From a virus, in IMG/VR virus record IMGVR_UViG_3300038701_001532, positions 1-33,953 of that record: a DNA stretch of 33,953 nt. One strand, 5' to 3'. The stretch's first letter is position 1. The number at the start of each line of letters is the position of its first letter. Made by a program: the position numbers and the translations under genes. Shown in pieces: positions 29,534 to 33,953 of the stretch. The notes under the pieces were generated by a model. The model worked only from the letters and a program-made list of their open reading frames with translations. It did not search any database and had not been told where the DNA came from.

Positions 29534-30580
29534 TTATTCTAAACCCGCTTTTTCAAACGCTAGCGGTTCTTTGCGCTTTAATTGATTTAAGGTTAATGGC
29601 TTATAGTTTTGATCTACGAACTGCTTTACATTCAAACCCCCTTCACGAAATAGCTTTGCTTTGGTTGCGCCTAGCACCTCATCTTGAAAATCATTAGACT
29701 GTTGTTTCAACCATGAATTGTAGGTTTGTGTAAATGGCACCTCTTCTTTGCCATCGCTGCCCTTGGCTTTTCGCTTGAGCTGCTCATCAATGCTTAAACT
29801 GTACTCTTGCTTAACCTTTGGAATCGTTGTTGATCTACATCCCCAATGCACGGGTGGCCTTACGCCCTCGCCATCTGCGAAAAACTGACCATCTAACGCC
29901 TTGCATGTGTCAGTTGTGCGACTGTCCAGCGTGCTTACCCATTCAACGCCGGTTATCACATCTTTGTTTTGCTGCATGACACTATCACGCGCCGATGCTG
30001 AGGTATGATTTGCCAAGGTTCTAACAAGCGATCTAGCATGATTGCGCTGTATGCTCTGAGTAACAAAGCCTATATCTTTTACGATCTCTTGGTTTGTCTT
30101 GCCAGCTACTACGCCTTGCTTGATTGTTCCGATGATTTCTTGACGCTTGGCCTTAGAAAATTCCTTAAGCGCCCCGTCAATGTTGATATTCTTTTCAGCC
30201 AACAAAGATATGGGGGACTTTAAAACGGCGGCCTCTATCAGCTCAACGCTAGGTATCACAAACTCAACGCTTGTTGCTTTGGTGTACATCTTTGCGTTGA
30301 ACTCTGCCTCGTACTTGCCCAGCTCGGTCATGCCATCTTTGAGAGTCTCCCCCATTTCGGCATAGGCTTGTTGTAGCAAGTCATCAATACCGGCATACAG
30401 TCGCCTTAACCGATATCGGTTATATGATGTTAGCTCTTTACCTGAAAGCTTAGCGATTGTTTCACGTTGAACACGGTTTAGAAAGGGGATTAGCTTATTA
30501 AGCTCGCCCCCCGCTAGCCTCTCAACAAACACCGCGTGCCTTGTTGTTGCGTTTTTTAAAAACGTTTGAGTACTGGCCAT
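29534..30580 (-). CDS. Head morphogenesis protein (SPP1 gp7 / Mu F-like)
   Basis: 348-aa ORF. WVSTLDSRTTDTCKALDGQFF...PPVHWGCRSTTIP is the Mu F family signature. It follows the portal gene with an ATGA overlap. Confidence 0.85.
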   Translation of the reverse strand: MASTQTFLKNATTRHAVFVERLAGGELNKLIPFLNRVQRETIAKLSGKELTSYNRYRLRRLYAGIDDLLQQAYAEMGETLKDGMTELGKYEAEFNAKMYTKATSVEFVIPSVELIEAAVLKSPISLLAEKNINIDGALKEFSKAKRQEIIGTIKQGVVAGKTNQEIVKDIGFVTQSIQRNHARSLVRTLANHTSASARDSVMQQNKDVITGVEWVSTLDSRTTDTCKALDGQFFADGEGVRPPVHWGCRSTTIPKVKQEYSLSIDEQLKRKAKGSDGKEEVPFTQTYNSWLKQQSNDFQDEVLGATKAKLFREGGLNVKQFVDQNYKPLTLNQLKRKEPLAFEKAGLE

Positions 30581-31968
30581 TATTCACCACCAAAAGGCGT
30601 TATCCTGTTAAAGTCTGCCTCAAGTTCTGCGTCGATATCTTCGTCAGTTCGTGACGGGTCGATCTCGTTGTACTTGCGCAATGCATCCCTGATATCAGAT
30701 TTGGCCACGACACCCGCGTTATATAGCTGCAATTGGGCAAGCATTTTCGGCGCGTCGATAGACTTTTCAAAGAAATCATCGTTAATATTAATTTTGATTT
30801 GATCGGCTTCGGCCTCGCTGCCCATGTAATCTAGGACATAGGCGCATGATTTCCATATGGCATCATTCACATTGTTACGGATGATTTGAAGCGTTGAAGC
30901 TTCCCCGCTGTGCCTTCCCCTTGCTGCCTCGGCTGTCTCATTGGCTGCGCCTTGGCCACTAATACGACCGCCCATCATTACGATCTGTTCTTCTTTGCGC
31001 TGCATTGCCTTGTCGGGCAGCTGGTTTTCATTGGGTTGCAGCATGGTAGCTTGTCCAGACTGGCCAAGGTTATGACCTTTGCGCGAGCCTAACAAAATGC
31101 CATCAGGGTTTAAGCGTTCCCAATCTTCGGCGCTTATGTCCGTTGTGATAAATAATGTTGGCTGGCCAGCAATAAATATTGATTCTTCATAGTCTGCGCT
31201 GTTTCTCAAGTGTCCGATGTTCATTTCTGCAATATCAAACAGGGGTGAGGGGTCGCAAGCTGTGTCGTTATCTTCAGAGCCGATAAACACGAAAGGTATA
31301 TAATTAAACGCCTCGCCCCTTGAGTTGCGCGGCTGATACATAATTGGATCTTCGTCTTCTTTGTCTTTGTATAAAGATTGAATGTATACGCCATCGACAA
31401 GCCTAAGCACTCTAAATTGGGTGTGAGCTTTCCACCTAAAACCATCGTCGCCAATACTGTTAACCTCTTCTTTTAAAACGATCATGGTCACAACTTGAGC
31501 GCCGTTAACATTTTCGGTTTGCCAGTTAATTATTGACTCGGCATTGTATCGATAGATTCTTGCCTTTAGATTCATAGCCTCAACCTGTGCAGCTGATAAA
31601 CCCTCATTGGCTGGCGGGTAATCAACCAATAGACCATAGCGGCCAGACATTAAAACCTCGCCGGTCGCCTCTTGCGCTACCTTCTCAAGATCTACATCTT
31701 GCCCGGTTGCGTCGGTCTTGAGGTACTCAATACTAGGTGGTAATTCGATGATTGATTCTTTTCTGAACACCTGACCAACTAGGCTGTTGCGTGTTCGTGA
31801 CGTTAAGTTGGTGAACTTGGCCGACTCTTTGTAACGCTTGTTTCTATGCGCGTCGTTCGGATCTACGTCGAAAATGTATTGCTTGACGTTAGAGCGTACA
31901 ACATTACGCACTAAGTCCCATCTGTGGACGTTTTTGTCATACTCTGGATTCGTTGAATCAACACTCAT
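30580..31968 (-). CDS. Portal protein
   Basis: 462-aa ORF between terL and the MuF-like gene. The N-terminal WDLVRNVVRSNVKQYI...RYKESAKFTNLTSRTRNSLVGQVFRKE resembles the DUF4055-type portal family. Confidence 0.8.
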   Translation of the reverse strand: MSVDSTNPEYDKNVHRWDLVRNVVRSNVKQYIFDVDPNDAHRNKRYKESAKFTNLTSRTRNSLVGQVFRKESIIELPPSIEYLKTDATGQDVDLEKVAQEATGEVLMSGRYGLLVDYPPANEGLSAAQVEAMNLKARIYRYNAESIINWQTENVNGAQVVTMIVLKEEVNSIGDDGFRWKAHTQFRVLRLVDGVYIQSLYKDKEDEDPIMYQPRNSRGEAFNYIPFVFIGSEDNDTACDPSPLFDIAEMNIGHLRNSADYEESIFIAGQPTLFITTDISAEDWERLNPDGILLGSRKGHNLGQSGQATMLQPNENQLPDKAMQRKEEQIVMMGGRISGQGAANETAEAARGRHSGEASTLQIIRNNVNDAIWKSCAYVLDYMGSEAEADQIKININDDFFEKSIDAPKMLAQLQLYNAGVVAKSDIRDALRKYNEIDPSRTDEDIDAELEADFNRITPFGGE

Positions 31969-31974
31969 TGTAAA

Positions 31975-33246
31975 TTATCTCCCTATTACACCGAAATTAA
32001 ATGCCGAAACTGGCTTACTGACCGGCATTTCATATGCTATCGGGTAAGTTGTTGCGTCGTTTTGATGGTCTTTGCCGCCCGACTTATCAGGCTCGCCGTT
32101 TTTATTATATGCTTGCTCTTCTAAACAAGCCGCTACAGTTGGGCAAGTGAAGTCATTAACGTACACCCTACCCCGTCTAAATGCTTCATTCGCCGCGTTG
32201 ACTCTATCCTTTACACTTGGGTTAGTTTTCTTGACTCTAACCTCATATTTCGCGCCCCTCAATAGATCAATGTCGGACTTGCTCGCGTCTTTCGTTGATC
32301 TACCCCCGCCGCTAGCATCAGGATAGATTACAATTTTGTGACCGGGGAACCTATTGTTTATCGTGGTTATCATGTCGGGGGTGTCGTACATATCCGTTAA
32401 TTCTTCAACGGCATGCCAGATCTTACCACCCTCACGCCTGACGTATACGGTCGCGGCCATCTTGGTTACGTTAAAGTCACAGCCTAAAAAAAGGGTTTCA
32501 CCTTCTTTGATTCTCTCAAAGCTGCGCATCGCGTCACGACTGTAAGACTTATAAACCGTTCCGGCTGTTAGGTTAACGAACTTACCTTCAATGTAGGCAA
32601 TGGCCAATTCATCTGTGTAGGTTTCATATAGCGAATCAACGTACCCATCAGGCAAGTAAGGGTTAGATCGGCTGTCAGCTTGGACATAGTCGTAATTGTC
32701 GCCCCCCTTTTTAATCCACCTGTCATGTACGAATTGGAACCCCTCTGGCGTTGTGTATGCGCTCACCCTGTTTGTGGGGTTGCTGCATGTCGACGGCTTT
32801 TGACGGTTACGGCCTATAACCTTATCCCATACCTTGTTGGCATTCTTAAACTTTAAGGTGTCCAGCTCATCAATGTGTGATCTATACGTTTCGTAACCAA
32901 CGATTCGATCGGGGTTATCGCACGACCTAAGCACGAACCCGCCAAACTGCGTTGACTTGGTTTCGATCATGTTCTTTTTTTTGTTGTGAACAAACTTAAT
33001 GTGATGATCTTCGAGCATTTCTTTTAGTCGTGTAGCTATGATCAAATCAACTAGATCATAGGTCGGCGCATACAGACCGATTAAGCTTTTACGCCCCCCT
33101 TCACTTGCATCTAGCAAAGCGCCATTCATAAGCGTTTGGGTTTTGCCTGAGCCGTAGCCGCCAACAAACAAAGGGTACTTGCATTGCAGCGCCCTAAAGT
33201 CAGCCTGTGGCCTTGTCATTGTTATGTTAATCTGTCTCGACAACAT
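31975..33246 (-). CDS. terL: Terminase large subunit
   Basis: 423-aa ORF with Walker A (FVGGYGSGKT) and Walker B/coupling (SHIDELD) motifs and a C-terminal nuclease-like half. Confidence 0.9.
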   Translation of the reverse strand: MLSRQINITMTRPQADFRALQCKYPLFVGGYGSGKTQTLMNGALLDASEGGRKSLIGLYAPTYDLVDLIIATRLKEMLEDHHIKFVHNKKKNMIETKSTQFGGFVLRSCDNPDRIVGYETYRSHIDELDTLKFKNANKVWDKVIGRNRQKPSTCSNPTNRVSAYTTPEGFQFVHDRWIKKGGDNYDYVQADSRSNPYLPDGYVDSLYETYTDELAIAYIEGKFVNLTAGTVYKSYSRDAMRSFERIKEGETLFLGCDFNVTKMAATVYVRREGGKIWHAVEELTDMYDTPDMITTINNRFPGHKIVIYPDASGGGRSTKDASKSDIDLLRGAKYEVRVKKTNPSVKDRVNAANEAFRRGRVYVNDFTCPTVAACLEEQAYNKNGEPDKSGGKDHQNDATTYPIAYEMPVSKPVSAFNFGVIGR

Positions 33247-33769
33247 TAGCCTTTACCTTTTCAGGGTCGATTACTTCAATCTGTATTTTGCTTATGGGTA
33301 TGTCGTCTTCAATGTCCCCAATCATATCTACGCCAGACATCTTGCGCATGTCTTCTTTTAGCTTACGCCACAACTCTAAATATCTAGGGTCGCCGTGTTT
33401 GTTTTCTTCTTTGTAAATGCCCTCTGTGGCCTTACCGCCACCCTTACCGAAAAAGCCATCTTTCTTTTTTTGCGTCTTAACAACCGATGGTTCTTTTGAT
33501 TTGTGCCACGCCTCTTGTAACTCTTTCGCGTTATTCTCATATTGTGCGAGCTGCTTTTCTTTTTCTGCTTTCACATCAGCTAGGTTGTTTTCTGCATATT
33601 GCTTTGTGATTCTCGTAACTATTTTTGAAACGCCAGACTGTGTTATACCCAAATGGCTAGCTATTTCATGCTGAGGCCAGCCGCGTTTTATATATAATTC
33701 CCACACCATTTTTTCACGGGCGACACGCTTAGACTCTGTTCCGTTCCTGTTATATCCCTTGATTGTCAT
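33227..33769 (-). CDS. terS: Terminase small subunit (HTH)
   Basis: I prefer the ATG at 33769, which has an AAAGGGG RBS. The track start at 33799 is a GTG with no RBS. GWPQHEIASHLGITQSGVSKIV is an HTH, followed by a charged coiled coil. The gene overlaps the terL start by 20 nt. Confidence 0.7.
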   Translation of the reverse strand: MTIKGYNRNGTESKRVAREKMVWELYIKRGWPQHEIASHLGITQSGVSKIVTRITKQYAENNLADVKAEKEKQLAQYENNAKELQEAWHKSKEPSVVKTQKKKDGFFGKGGGKATEGIYKEENKHGDPRYLELWRKLKEDMRKMSGVDMIGDIEDDIPISKIQIEVIDPEKVKANVVETD

Positions 33770-33814
33770 ATCAATGAACCCCTTTAGTAATTGGTACACG
33801 TTTAGATCTATCTT

Positions 33815-33823
33815 TGGTATAAT
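33815..33823 (+). promoter_or_regulatory. Extended -10 promoter element (TGGTATAAT) for dam across the circular junction
   Basis: TGgTATAAT lies 26 nt upstream of the dam ATG (33849, equivalent to position 23), in the divergent terS/dam intergenic region. Confidence 0.5.
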
Positions 33824-33826
33824 GCC

Positions 33827-33953
33827 CCATAACGCAATAGGGGTTTATATGTCTGATAACAAAAACAACGAAAAGGCCAAGATAGCCGAGCAAGTTTTTA
33901 ATGAGCATGTTCTCGCCATTCCTGAGCAACTTTTGCACGCTAAATTTGCCGAA
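33827..33953. repeat. Terminal direct repeat, copy 2 (identical to 1..127)
   Basis: See copy 1. It includes the dam RBS and the first 35 codons. Confidence 0.9.

Noticed and set aside
33770-33799. Longer terS form starting at the GTG at 33799
   Set aside because: No Shine-Dalgarno sequence precedes the GTG, whereas the ATG at 33769 has AAAGGGG 9 nt upstream. The 10-aa extension adds nothing recognisable. It is kept only as an alternative.

Overview
The window is essentially one complete, circularly closed genome of a temperate tailed phage of siphovirus type. Its first 127 nt are identical to its last 127 nt, so the unique length is about 33,826 bp. Almost all genes lie on the minus strand.

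Minus-strand modules, read right to left:
- Packaging: terS and terL (33.8-32.0 kb).
- Head: portal, MuF-like protein, scaffold and a P22-type coat protein (32.0-27.7 kb).
- An unusual three-gene block (fibre-like, glycine-rich and unknown proteins) sits between the coat and connector genes (27.6-25.5 kb).
- Head-tail joining, tail tube, chaperones with a canonical A_AAA_AAC -1 frameshift site, and tape measure (25.5-21.2 kb).
- Four distal tail or receptor-binding proteins (21.2-16.5 kb).
- A lysis-like cassette (16.5-15.4 kb), followed by a small moron-like gene.
- A 730-bp repeat-dense non-coding region (14.1-14.9 kb) beside a 198-aa catalytic-domain-only tyrosine recombinase.
- A long leftward operon of small unknown genes that includes a DnaQ-like exonuclease and a truncated SPFH-like membrane protein (13.5-9.3 kb).
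- An Erf / SSB recombination operon that also encodes a stand-alone P4-type integrase arm DNA-binding domain (6.7-4.3 kb).
- A wHTH Rep-like gene and a VRR-NUC gene.

Plus-strand content:
- A block at 6.8-9.3 kb driven by repeated promoter cassettes. It ends in a self-promoted peptide with a textbook double-glycine (bacteriocin-type) leader.
- Single plus-strand genes, including the Dam methylase. Three plus-strand genes (dam, the 1372..1794 ORF and the double-glycine peptide gene) end in 3' overlaps with convergent minus-strand genes.

No tRNA, rRNA, CRISPR array, transposase or CI/Cro-type repressor was recognised.

The most interesting items are:
- the double-glycine-leader peptide locus;
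- the apparently split integrase (catalytic protein, separate arm-binding protein and a complex repeat region);
- the repeated GCTATA-N4-GCTATA promoter cassettes.

All family assignments come from motif recognition by eye and need HMM or BLAST confirmation.
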